NCBI GenBank assembly: GCA_965217585.1
Contig: OZ244561.1
Location: 2,016,001 to 2,080,000, forward strand
Direction: 5' to 3'
Length of the DNA: 64,000 nt
Source: Candidatus Latescibacterota bacterium
GTDB lineage: Bacteria > Latescibacterota > UBA2968 > UBA8231
The notes beneath the pieces are model-generated. The model saw nothing but the letters and a program-made list of their open reading frames with translations, searched no databases and was not told the DNA's origin. The position numbers and the translations under genes are program-made. Shown here one piece after another: positions 40,987 to 51,300 of the stretch (its first letter is position 1; every line of letters starts with the position of its first letter).

Positions 40987-42696
40987 CTACCACAGCACCA
41001 CAAAAAGCAGGAAGCTAGCCACGGCCAAATAGACCCCGATCCACAACCCCGGCCGCAAATACCACTTAGGACCGTCCTCGCCGACCGCAAAGGGATACTC
41101 CGGCCGGATGGGTGCTTCCGTCAGGGTTTTCTGCAACCAGGTGCCTTCCAGCGCCACGAGCCGCCGGGCCATTACCGGGCGCAGTGCGGCCGGATCTTCG
41201 TGGCGAACGTAAATCAGCCCGCGCAATTCTTCGTCGCCCACTGGACCGCGCCGCCAGTCAATCAGCTTCGAGGCGACGTACATGCTCACCGCGGGCAGCA
41301 CCAAGTTCCACAGGTAGGTCCACCACGTATTCTGGTACCACACCGGCAGCGGCCACTCGTTGAAATCGGCCAAGATCGCCGACAGCCCGTAGCCAAGCCC
41401 CACCAGCAAGCCGACGATCCCGGTCTCGCGGTGTACTCGCGTAAAAACCCCCATCAAAATGACCGTCATCAGCGGCACGGCAATGGCCCCAGCCAGCCGC
41501 AGATAGAACATCAGCATCCCCTTCTCGCCCAAAAAGGGCACATAGATAAAACCCAGCGCCAGAATGATCGGCACCGAGATCCGCCCCACCTTGGTGTAGT
41601 GCGCGTCCGTGGCGTCCTTGACGATAAAGCGCGCGTACACGTCGCGCACGAAGAGCGAGGAAATGCCAATGCCGATGGAGTCAAAGGTCGAGTACCCAGC
41701 CGCCACCAGCCCGGCGACCACCAGCCCGACCAATCCGGCGGGTAGGTACGCCTCAATCATCAGCGGATAGGCCTGATCGACCATTTCTAGGCCGGGAAAC
41801 TGCGCCCGCGCCATCGGTCCCAAACTGACATTGAAGAACAGGCAGATCGCCGTGGCGATGCTAGCTACCAGCGCGGCCATTTTGAAATCCCACTCCGAGC
41901 GTGCGCCGAGGAAGCGGATGGCCTCGTACTGATTGATGACCGCGTACGTAGTCAACACCACCAAAAAACCGAATATCACGATGAAGGGGGGCACACCGGG
42001 CGGCGAATAGCCTCCCACGCGCAGCAGTGTATCCGCCAGCCCTTCTTCCACCGTCTCCAGCCGCGCCGCCACCCCATCCCAGCCACCCAGTCCCGAATAG
42101 ACGAATCCCCAGAGCACAAAAGAGGCCACGATCATCGTCGCGCTTTGTAGCGCGTCGGTCAGCACCCCGGCCCGCAAGCCGCCGCGCACGATGTAGAGCA
42201 CCGAGCTGAGTGCCACGCCCACCACCACCAACCAGCAAGTCGTCTCCTCAATTCCGGCGATGACATTGAGCACCAAGAACATGGAAAAGAAAATGTTGCC
42301 CAGCACGTTGGTCCGCGATTGGACGTTGATCAAGACCGCTAGCAGGCGGGCCGCCGGCCCGAAGCGGAACTCCAGCCACTCGGCGTTGGTAAAAACCCCA
42401 GAGCGGTACATCGGCACGATGACGAAGAAGCTGAGCACGGTCCAGCCCACGGCAATGCCCAACCACCACTGCGCCAACTGCGACAGCCCGAGGTTGTACG
42501 ATCCGCCGACAATGCCGACGTAATCGCCGCTATCGACAGCCGTCCCAAACGCCGACAGCCCAATCACCCACCAAGGCATGGACTTGGCCGCAAGGTACCA
42601 GTCGAAACTCTCACCCTTGTTGCGGAAGGCGATCAGGCTGTAGACGACGATGCCGCCGTTGAGGACCAAGACGACGGCCCAGTCTAATGTGGTCAT
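40987..42696 (-). CDS. Sodium:solute symporter (SLC5/SSS family)
   Basis: MPWWVIGLS, EWLEFRFG, GGLRAGVLTDALQ; many TM helices. Confidence 0.88.
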   Translation of the reverse strand: MTTLDWAVVLVLNGGIVVYSLIAFRNKGESFDWYLAAKSMPWWVIGLSAFGTAVDSGDYVGIVGGSYNLGLSQLAQWWLGIAVGWTVLSFFVIVPMYRSGVFTNAEWLEFRFGPAARLLAVLINVQSRTNVLGNIFFSMFLVLNVIAGIEETTCWLVVVGVALSSVLYIVRGGLRAGVLTDALQSATMIVASFVLWGFVYSGLGGWDGVAARLETVEEGLADTLLRVGGYSPPGVPPFIVIFGFLVVLTTYAVINQYEAIRFLGARSEWDFKMAALVASIATAICLFFNVSLGPMARAQFPGLEMVDQAYPLMIEAYLPAGLVGLVVAGLVAAGYSTFDSIGIGISSLFVRDVYARFIVKDATDAHYTKVGRISVPIILALGFIYVPFLGEKGMLMFYLRLAGAIAVPLMTVILMGVFTRVHRETGIVGLLVGLGYGLSAILADFNEWPLPVWYQNTWWTYLWNLVLPAVSMYVASKLIDWRRGPVGDEELRGLIYVRHEDPAALRPVMARRLVALEGTWLQKTLTEAPIRPEYPFAVGEDGPKWYLRPGLWIGVYLAVASFLLFVVLW

Positions 42697-42700
42697 CGCA

Positions 42701-43738
42701 TCACGGGGCCGGCAGGTGGTATCCGTCCTTGCCGACTTTTATCTTCGCCAAAATGCCTGGATTTTCGGGCGGCGCGCCCCCTCCGTAGGTGACGTAGAGC
42801 GTCTTGCTCTCCTCGCCGCGACCAAACGCCGTGTTGGTCGGAACCACGGGCGTGGGGATATAGGCTAGTTCCTCGCCGCTGGGCGAATACACGACAATGC
42901 CCGGGCGCGTCACGTCCCGCACCGCCACGTACAGGTTGCCGTCAACGTCAGCAACCAAGCCATCCGGCCCGTCTTCTGGATAGTAATCGACTAGCACCTC
43001 GCGGAATGTGGCCGTGCCGTCGGGATGCAGGTCGTACGCCAACAGAGCCATCCGACCCTTGTGCGCGGGCGTGCCTAGCAAGCGGAAGATTCCCGTATTG
43101 CCGTTGTCGTTGCTCACCACGTAGAGCGACTGCTGGTCCGGGGACACGCAGACGCCGTTGGGCTTACCCGCGTCGGTGATGATCCGCTCAATGGTGCCGT
43201 CGGGATCAATCCGGTACACCGCCATCACTGGCTGGTCGATCGGCTCGTGGCCGAGGTAGCGCGGGTCGCTGAAGTAGATACGGCCCTTTTCGTCGATGGA
43301 AATGTCGTTGGGGGCGTTAAAGGGGCGGCCCTCGTACAGCCCGGCGATGATCTCGGCCTTGCCGGTGGTCAGATCAGTGCGCGTCACGCGCTGCCCCCCA
43401 AAATCAGCGCCCTCCGCGGCGATCAGCCGACCCATCGCGTCGAACTTGAGGCCGTTGGACATGCCGCTGGGCGAGCGAAAGATCGCGGTCTTACCGGTCT
43501 TGGGATCATAGCGCCAAATGTGCCCGGCCTGCATCCCCGAGGGCTGGGAAAAGGTAATATCGCTGAAGAAAACCGAGCCGTCCGGGGCCACGGCCGGCCC
43601 CTCGGAAAAGAACGCGCCGTCGAAGAGCACTTCGAGCTTGGCCCCTGCGGGTATAATCGACGGATCGCCCATTGGCTCTTGGGCGAAAGCAGTGCCGGCC
43701 ACCAAGACCAGCGCAATTGTAGCGAGACGTTGCATCAT
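42701..43738 (-). CDS. Secreted SMP-30/gluconolactonase-family protein
   Basis: Signal peptide; SEGPA, FNAPND, KPNGVCVSPD, GPDGL. Confidence 0.9.
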   Translation of the reverse strand: MMQRLATIALVLVAGTAFAQEPMGDPSIIPAGAKLEVLFDGAFFSEGPAVAPDGSVFFSDITFSQPSGMQAGHIWRYDPKTGKTAIFRSPSGMSNGLKFDAMGRLIAAEGADFGGQRVTRTDLTTGKAEIIAGLYEGRPFNAPNDISIDEKGRIYFSDPRYLGHEPIDQPVMAVYRIDPDGTIERIITDAGKPNGVCVSPDQQSLYVVSNDNGNTGIFRLLGTPAHKGRMALLAYDLHPDGTATFREVLVDYYPEDGPDGLVADVDGNLYVAVRDVTRPGIVVYSPSGEELAYIPTPVVPTNTAFGRGEESKTLYVTYGGGAPPENPGILAKIKVGKDGYHLPAP

Positions 43739-43780
43739 CGTATCTCTCCTTGGATTATGTGAAAGCCAAAGACTGATTGG

Positions 43781-44977
43781 TTAAGAAGGCGGCCACGGAT
43801 CCAAACAGGCTCCGGTCGGCCGCGGCCCACTCGGTCGCCACCTGAACGCATCATACGACCGGTATTCCAAGTCCAGCCACGGCGTCTCCAGCCGCTTGTG
43901 CCCCTCGTAGCGCGAAGTCAGCGCCGCTTCGAGGATGCCGCTGGTCAGCAGTGTGCGCTCGACCGGATACTGGGCCTCGCCGCTCAGGAACATCTCTTCG
44001 ACGTTGAGCGACAGGTAACTGAAATGAGCGTACGCCCCTTCCGGCCCGCCGTGCCCTTGAGCGTGGAATTCGCAGGCTTGCACCTGACCGCCGACCCGCG
44101 CCGCGTACGCCAAGTCGTGGACGTAGCCGTTGAGCATTAGCACAGCCCCCCGCAATCCGTCGCAGTATTCCACCACAAAAAGCGCCGGATTTTGGCAGTG
44201 TTCTTCCATCGTCCCCTCGGGCTTATCGACAATAGTCGCGCAGGCAGCCTCTGCTAGATCCCGCGACCATAACCCCTCATCGGCGGCCCGCCAGACAGCC
44301 TCCCCCTCCAGACAAGTCACCGCGGCCACTCCCGTCTCGCCGCCCTGCCGCCGCTCGACCATGCACTGGAGCACTTCGAGGGTGTGGAACCCATAGATAT
44401 CCAGCCCGGAAAACCCGATCGCCACCGCCTCCTCCAAGGGGGCCTCCAACTCGTGCTCAACCCAGGGCTGCCGCCAACACACCGGCAGCGAAGACCCGCC
44501 CATAAACGCCGCTCCCACTGCCTGCGCCCGTTGGTACATCCACAGCGCATCGGTCCAGCTATAGGACAAGTGCTTGTCGTTGAACACCGGCACCCCCCGC
44601 TTCGACGTCGCCATCACCCCGCAGATTTGCTCCATAAAGTAGCGTCGCGGATAGAGCTGCTGCTCCTTTTCGTTCCAGGCGTAATCCCCGTGCTCGCCAA
44701 TGGACAAGACCCCATCCACCGCTAGCTCCCGCCCCCCCAAACACAGCGCCGCCGGAATGCTATTAAAAATCGGCACCCCATGCTCTTGGGCCATCGCCCG
44801 TCCCATATCGTTTTCGGGAAACTGGTCGATGTACATAGACGCGATCTCGACCCTCGGCGTGCACAAGCTCTCGTCCGTGGGAAAACCCTTGAGGAACTTG
44901 GAGACGATCACGTCGGCGTGCGACCTAGGGCGATATTCGGTGATGATCGCCGCGATTTTCTTTTTGCTCATTTCCAT
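43781..44977 (-). CDS. Conserved hypothetical oxidoreductase-like protein (Gfo/Idh/MocA-like)
   Basis: SHADVI, IGEHGDY, FNDKHLS, YGFHTLE, YPVERTLLTSG. Confidence 0.6.
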   Translation of the reverse strand: MEMSKKKIAAIITEYRPRSHADVIVSKFLKGFPTDESLCTPRVEIASMYIDQFPENDMGRAMAQEHGVPIFNSIPAALCLGGRELAVDGVLSIGEHGDYAWNEKEQQLYPRRYFMEQICGVMATSKRGVPVFNDKHLSYSWTDALWMYQRAQAVGAAFMGGSSLPVCWRQPWVEHELEAPLEEAVAIGFSGLDIYGFHTLEVLQCMVERRQGGETGVAAVTCLEGEAVWRAADEGLWSRDLAEAACATIVDKPEGTMEEHCQNPALFVVEYCDGLRGAVLMLNGYVHDLAYAARVGGQVQACEFHAQGHGGPEGAYAHFSYLSLNVEEMFLSGEAQYPVERTLLTSGILEAALTSRYEGHKRLETPWLDLEYRSYDAFRWRPSGPRPTGACLDPWPPS

Positions 44978-44981
44978 TTTC

Positions 44982-45944
44982 CTACCTGACCGCCGCCAAC
45001 GCGGCAAACAACGCCTTGATGTACCCCACCGAGTACGCCAACCCCCGCGTCAATGACCCCTCGTCCCCTTCTAGCGCCGGAATGTGGTCGGGGTTAATGC
45101 ACCCATCGAAACCCACCCGGTCCAACTCCAGCAGGATTTTGGCCATATTCATGTCGCCGTCGTCGAGCAGGGTTTCTTCAAACCCCCCGGCCGTGGCCAA
45201 GCTCCCGCGCACATTGCGCAAGTGCACCATGAAGATCCGGCCCTTGCGCCCGTAGTTGTGAACCTCGTCGAGCACTAAGGGCAAACCCCCGGCCTCGGCG
45301 CGGGTGCCGCAGCAGTAGAGGTACCCAACCTGGCGGCTGGGAAAGGCGTCGATGACCTTGTGAAAGCCCAAGCCACCCAGCGGCGTATCCGGCAGCGGCG
45401 AGTCCGAAGGATGGATCGCCAGCTTGATGTCGCGGTCTTCGGCAATGGGCACCAAGCGCTCGTACACAGTGCAAAAGCGCGCCCACCACGTATCCAACGC
45501 CTCGGGCGAGGGGGGGCCTTGATCGCTCTCGACCAAGCTGCGGCTCTCGGCCCGGTAGTGGTAGCCACCGCGCCGCGGCGAGTTCCAGTGGTGGAGCATC
45601 CAAGGGAATACATCGCCGTGGAATCGCTGCCGCGCAATGGGCGCGCCGGCCTCGGCAAAGACCTCCAGCGCCGCGGCCGCGTTTTCCAACTCCTTCCCGC
45701 CGTCGTCCTGCCCGGACATGAACTTTTCAGTTATGTCCGGCAGGGTCACGCGGTTGAAGTCCAGCCCCCAAGAACGGATTTTTTTTCTTATTTTTATCAC
45801 GGCGTCCAAGTCGGGATAGCCCTGCTCTTTGACCCCGGGGAAGTAATCGCCCGCGCCAAAGTCCAAGCAATCCACCCCGAGTTGGGTGACGTAGCGCAGA
45901 TACGATTCCGACAAATCGCCGTGCCAAGCGGATATTTTTAGCAT
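44982..45944 (-). CDS. Mannonate dehydratase (UxuA)-like protein
   Basis: AAAGGAGG SD before MLKISAW; LAIHPSD, VHLRNVRG, FEETLLDDGD, INPDHIP, YSVGYIKAL. Confidence 0.75.
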   Translation of the reverse strand: MLKISAWHGDLSESYLRYVTQLGVDCLDFGAGDYFPGVKEQGYPDLDAVIKIRKKIRSWGLDFNRVTLPDITEKFMSGQDDGGKELENAAAALEVFAEAGAPIARQRFHGDVFPWMLHHWNSPRRGGYHYRAESRSLVESDQGPPSPEALDTWWARFCTVYERLVPIAEDRDIKLAIHPSDSPLPDTPLGGLGFHKVIDAFPSRQVGYLYCCGTRAEAGGLPLVLDEVHNYGRKGRIFMVHLRNVRGSLATAGGFEETLLDDGDMNMAKILLELDRVGFDGCINPDHIPALEGDEGSLTRGLAYSVGYIKALFAALAAVR

Positions 45945-46035
45945 CGCTTGCCCTCCTTTCGCGGGGCACAAAATAGCCAAGTCCCCCCAATCCAACAAGC
46001 AGCGGTGCCGCTCTTGTCCATAGGACCATAAAAAC

Positions 46036-46446
46036 ATGCCAGCACAGCCTCCCGACTTCACACTCACCCTAGCCGTCCGCGACTACGAATGCGATCTCCA
46101 AGGCGTCGTCAACAACGCCGTGTACCAGAACTACCTTGAACACGCCCGCCACCAGTATTTGCAAAGCCTCGGCCTCAGCTTTGCCCGCTTCCACGAACAG
46201 GGCCACGACTTGGTCCTCACCCGCGCTGAAATCGACTACAAGGCTCCCCTCCGAAGTGGCGACCGCTTCACGGTTGAGTTGCGCGTAGAACGGGAGAGCC
46301 GCCTGCGCTTTTGCTTTGTCCAAGACATCTTCAGAGAAGCCGACGGCGCACACGTGCTACACGGACGCCTCATCGGCACCAGCCTCAACCGCGACGGGAA
46401 TCGCGGCTTTCCGCCTGAGATAGAGGAACTGTTGGCGAATCGCTGA
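46036..46446 (+). CDS. Acyl-CoA thioesterase (4HBT/YbgC-YbaW family)
   Basis: VRDYECDLQGVVNNAVYQNYLEHAR. Confidence 0.9.
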   Translation: MPAQPPDFTLTLAVRDYECDLQGVVNNAVYQNYLEHARHQYLQSLGLSFARFHEQGHDLVLTRAEIDYKAPLRSGDRFTVELRVERESRLRFCFVQDIFREADGAHVLHGRLIGTSLNRDGNRGFPPEIEELLANR

Positions 46447-46539
46447 TTTTTTGTCGGATACGTCAGTACACGTGAGCACGTTGCGCTTGTTTTGCTCAAT
46501 CGTTACGCTCAGTCTTGGTCCTTCGTTTGAGGAGTCGTC

Positions 46540-48300
46540 ATGCCCGCATCCTACCCCCGCATCCCCTACGGTTGGGCCGATTTCAAGGCCATTCGGTTAG
46601 AAAACCGCCTCTACGTCGATAAGACCCGCTTTGTTCACGCACTGGAAGAGGAGCGCTACGCCTTTTTCATTCGTCCCCGTCGCTTTGGCAAATCCTGCTG
46701 GGTGTCCCTGCTGGACAATTATTATGAACGCAACCGCGCCGATGCCTTTGAGGCCGTCTTCGGCGGCACGGACTTGGGGCGGCACCCGACCGAAAACCGC
46801 CACCGCTACGTCGTCTTGCGCTTCAACTTTTCGGCGTTCAAAAACGCGCTGGAAACCCTCGAATACCACTTTGAAGAGTATTGTCAACTGATAGTCCGGC
46901 ACGCGCTGGAGCGGAATGCGGATTTGTTTCCCGAGGCGGCGCGGCAGCACATCCGCTCGCCGAGTTCGGTCAATGGCCAGCTCAACGAGTTATTCCTGTA
47001 CGCCGGCGATCACGGCATTCCGCTGTACGTGCTCATCGACGAGTACGACAACTTCGCCAACACGGTGCTGGCCTATCACGGGACAGAGGCGTATCAGTCC
47101 TTCACCCACGGCGGCGGCTTTTATCGCAACTTTTTCGCCACGCTCAAGGATGGGGCCGGGCAGAGCGATGGCGGGCTAGAACGCATGTTTATCACCGGCG
47201 TATCGCCGATTACCATGGACGACGTCACCAGCGGCTTCAACATCGGCAAGAACATCAGCTTGCGCCCGGAGTTCAACGATATGCTCGGCTTCACCGAGGA
47301 GGAGGTGCAGAACCTGCTGGAAATGTACCGGGACTACGGCGTGTTCAATCAGGATGTCGAAGCCGCGCTGGCGGTGATGCGAGAGTGGTACAACGGCTAT
47401 CGGTTCGCCAAGAGTGCCCAAGGCGACCTCTACAACACCGACATGGTTCTCTATTTCCTCGATGAGTCCATACCGAACAGAGGGATGCCGGACGAATTGA
47501 TCGACACCAATGTCCGCATCGACTACGGCAAGTTGCGCCACCTGCTGACCGTCAACCGTCAACTCAACGGCAACTTCGACCTGCTGCGCCACATCATCGG
47601 TGAGGAGAGCACCGAAAGCAACATCCAACTCAGCTTCCCCTTGGACCGGCTGGACCGGCGCGAAAACTTCCTGTCGCTGCTGCATTACTTCGGCCTACTC
47701 AGCATTCGGGACGTGTCACATGGTGTCCCCCGGTTGGGCATTCCCAATCAAACGGTCAAGCGGCTGATGTACGGCTACCTGCGCGATGCGTACGATGATG
47801 TGGGGGTGTTTTCCGTCGATGTGTACACCTTCTCCCGCCTAGTGCGCGAGATGGCCTACGACGGCACGTGGCGACCGGCCTTGGACTTTTTGCGTGAGGC
47901 CCTCGCTGAACAAACCGGAATCCGCGACTACATGGATGGCGAAAAGGTGGGCCACGGCTTTGTCGCGGCTCACTTCAGCATGGTGGATCAGTTCCTGCTC
48001 CACTCGGAATACGAACTGAACAAGGGGTTCGCGGATCTCTACCTAGAGCCATTCGTCGCCCAATACTCCGACATGAGGTACGGCTACGTACTCGAACTCA
48101 AGTACCTGAAGCGAAGCGAGGCCCTTGACGAATCCCTAGTGGCGGACAAGGTGCAAGAGGCCGTGCTTCAATTGCGCGGCTACTTAGCGGACCCGTTCTT
48201 GCCGCGCCGCTACCCGTCGGTGCAGCACCTTGGCTTGGCGATGGTGTTTCACGGTTGGGAGTTGGTGGCTTACGAGGCGGTGGGCGACGCTGGGGGCTAA
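46540..48300 (+). CDS. AAA-ATPase-like protein with C-terminal PD-(D/E)XK nuclease (PDDEXK_9 type)
   Basis: YVDKT, RPRRFGKS, LIDEYD, WYNGY; C-terminal GFADLYL...VLELKY. Confidence 0.88.
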   Translation: MPASYPRIPYGWADFKAIRLENRLYVDKTRFVHALEEERYAFFIRPRRFGKSCWVSLLDNYYERNRADAFEAVFGGTDLGRHPTENRHRYVVLRFNFSAFKNALETLEYHFEEYCQLIVRHALERNADLFPEAARQHIRSPSSVNGQLNELFLYAGDHGIPLYVLIDEYDNFANTVLAYHGTEAYQSFTHGGGFYRNFFATLKDGAGQSDGGLERMFITGVSPITMDDVTSGFNIGKNISLRPEFNDMLGFTEEEVQNLLEMYRDYGVFNQDVEAALAVMREWYNGYRFAKSAQGDLYNTDMVLYFLDESIPNRGMPDELIDTNVRIDYGKLRHLLTVNRQLNGNFDLLRHIIGEESTESNIQLSFPLDRLDRRENFLSLLHYFGLLSIRDVSHGVPRLGIPNQTVKRLMYGYLRDAYDDVGVFSVDVYTFSRLVREMAYDGTWRPALDFLREALAEQTGIRDYMDGEKVGHGFVAAHFSMVDQFLLHSEYELNKGFADLYLEPFVAQYSDMRYGYVLELKYLKRSEALDESLVADKVQEAVLQLRGYLADPFLPRRYPSVQHLGLAMVFHGWELVAYEAVGDAGG

Positions 48301-48360
48301 CGCGGAATCTTTTTTATTCGGCGTCTCATCCGAGGCTCTATCTATAAAGGAATTGACCTT

Positions 48361-51300
48361 ATGAAGTCTTTGATCGGCGGTCTCATCGGGCTGGTGTTGA
48401 GTGTCAGCGTCGGCGCGGAGCCGCTGCTTGAGGGCCGGGTGCGGCTGTCTTCTGGGCAGCCAGCAGCGGATGTGCAGGTACGGCTGTTTGACTTGACCGA
48501 TTTGCGCCGGTTTGTCGGCACGACCACGGATGCGGCTGGTTTTTTTGCGCTGTCTTTGCAAACACTCTCAGGAGGTAGGACTCTGCCGACCGATTTTGCG
48601 CTGGGGCAGAATTACCCCAACCCGTTCAATCCCTCCACCATCATTCCCTACCAACTGCCAGCGTCTGGCCACGTACGGCTGGAAGTGTTCAATGTGCTGG
48701 GGCAACGGCTGGCGACGTTAGTGGAAGCGGAGCGGTCGGCGGGGGCGCACACGGCGCAATGGGATGGGACGGATGCGTCGGGGCGAGCTGTGGGGGCGGG
48801 GGTGTATATCTATCGGCTGAGTAGCGGTGGAATGACGGAGAGTCAGCGGATGGTGTTGGTGGATGGGCAGGCGGGAATTCCGGCGGTGGGGGCGGCTCAG
48901 GGGCCGGTGCGGGTGGTGGAAGGTGTGGTGGAAGCGGATGATCGGGTCTATGGGCTGATCGTTTCGGGAGAGGGGTTGGTCGCGTATGTGGACCCGGCTT
49001 TTCGGGTGGAGGTTGATGAGGCGGACATTGTGCTCGAAGAGTACGGCAGCAGTCCGCGGATGAAGCTCACTACGGACAGGATTTTAGGCGATGTGAACAA
49101 CGATGGCCAAGTCGATGCCTTCGATGCGCTGTATGTGCTGCTGTACAGCGAGGATTCGTCTATTGCGCTCCCCAACAACGGCGATATTTCTCTCGGCGAT
49201 GTCAACGGCGATGGCCAAGTCGATCTCGCCGACGCCGTGCTCCTCGCCACATACAGCGTCAATCCGTCTGATCCTACGTTGCCGCCGGGGATCGGTCAGG
49301 CCGCCCCGGACTTGGAGCATCCGGTAAGCGCAGTTGCCTTTTCGCATATATACTGGACGGATAGCCATACCCATACCATTCAGCGCGCCAGCTTGGATGG
49401 ATCTAATATCGAAACCCTCGTCGCGTTAGAGGACATCGGGGGATTCAGATACGGTGGCCCCTTCGGCCTCGCCTTAGACGTGGACGGGGGCAAGATGTAC
49501 TGGACGGAAGGACATTGGAGAATCCGGCGTGCGAACTTAGATGGGTCCAACATCGAATTCCTCATCATTACCGGGGATACGCCATCCGACCTCACCTTGG
49601 ATGTGGCTGGAGGCAAAATGTACTGGACGGACGATCGCGGGGGTATCGGCTGGGGAGGTACCATCCGGCGTGCGAACTTGGATGGGTCCAACAGGGAAAC
49701 CCTCCTCATTACCGAAGGTGAAGCCTCCAATCTCGTCTTAGACGTGGCTGGAGGCAAAATGTACTGGACAGATTGGGTCAACCGTACCTTTCAGCGTGCG
49801 AACTTGGATGGGTCCAATGTCGAGACCCTCATCACCGGATTGAAGCTGCGGAACCTCGCCTTAGACGTGGCTGGAGGCAAAATGTACTGGACGGAAGTCG
49901 ATGATACCACATACTCCCCAGCAGATAAAATCCGGCGCGCCAACTTAGATGGGTCCAACATCGAAACCCTCATCACTGGATTGGGGCTCCCATACGGTAT
50001 CGCCTTAGACGTGGCTGGAGGCAAAATGTACTGGACGGACGATAGAGGTGAGCGCTACCCCGATAAAAGCCCGCACGGCAACATCCAGTGCGCCAATTTG
50101 GATGGTTCCAACATCGACACCCTCATCACCGGATTAGATCTGCCACGCTTCATTGCCCTCGGACCGTACCAACGAACCAACCATGAGCAGATCCCAATGA
50201 GGAGCCGTCAAGAGGCTCGCAGCGAGCTAGGAGAACGGGGCATCCCCTATAGCCAACGCTCCTTCGTTACCTACGCACAAAATGGGGATCTGGATTTGGT
50301 GCGGTTATTTGTTGAGGCCGGCTTGGATGTCAACGTCCAACCCTATAGCTCCTCCAGTGTCTACATACCAACACAGGAGGATGTGGAGCAGCTAGATGAT
50401 CTGGAGGCCGTGTGGTTTCGGCAAGACGGAGATGAGGATAACGATACCGCCCTAATGAAGGCCGCTGGACAAGGCCACATAGAAGTAGTGCGTTTCTTGG
50501 TTGAACAGGGAGCGGATCTCAATATCCGCAACAGACAAGATCAAAACGCCTTAATGTTCGCTGCCGCGGGTGGCCACTTGGCAGTGGTCACCTTTCTACT
50601 CGATAGAGAAGCCGATGCACGCTCTCCAGTTAATATCTTCTATGATTACAGATCCGGCCCCATCAATCCCCTGATGTGGGCGGCCTATAACGGTCATTTG
50701 GACATGTTCAACCTCCTGCTAGATTACGCAAAACAAATCAACGACAATTACACTCTTCTCGTTGCCTCCTTGGGGTGGGCCGCCTATCGCGGCCATTTGG
50801 ACATCGTTCACTTACTGCTAGAATACGGAGTCGACATCAATGCCTATCCCCAGAGTTTTGATTTTGGGTATGGTCCTACGGCATTGATGTTGGCCGCTTA
50901 TAGTGGCCAGTTGGAGGTGGTCCGCTTGCTGCTAGAAAACGGGGCCGATATTCACATTCGGACAGCCGAATGGCTATCTGTACAGACCGACCTTGGCACC
51001 ATTTACTTCCAAGAGATCGGTGGAAATGCCTTGATGATAGCCATTAATCAAGGCCATGCCGAGGTGGCGCGCCTTTTATTGGAACATTGGATGTGGGAAT
51101 ACAGTGCCGATGGCCGAGATGATTACGGTACATCCGTCTTGATGTTTGCCGCCGCCGCAGGCGACCTAGAGATGGCGCGCCTACTGCTAGAAAACGGAGC
51201 CCCAGTCAATGCCCAAACGGATGTCGGCACAACTGCTTTGATGTTTGCCGCTGCTTTTGGACGTGTAGAGATGGTGCGCTTCCTCGTCGGGAACGGGGCA

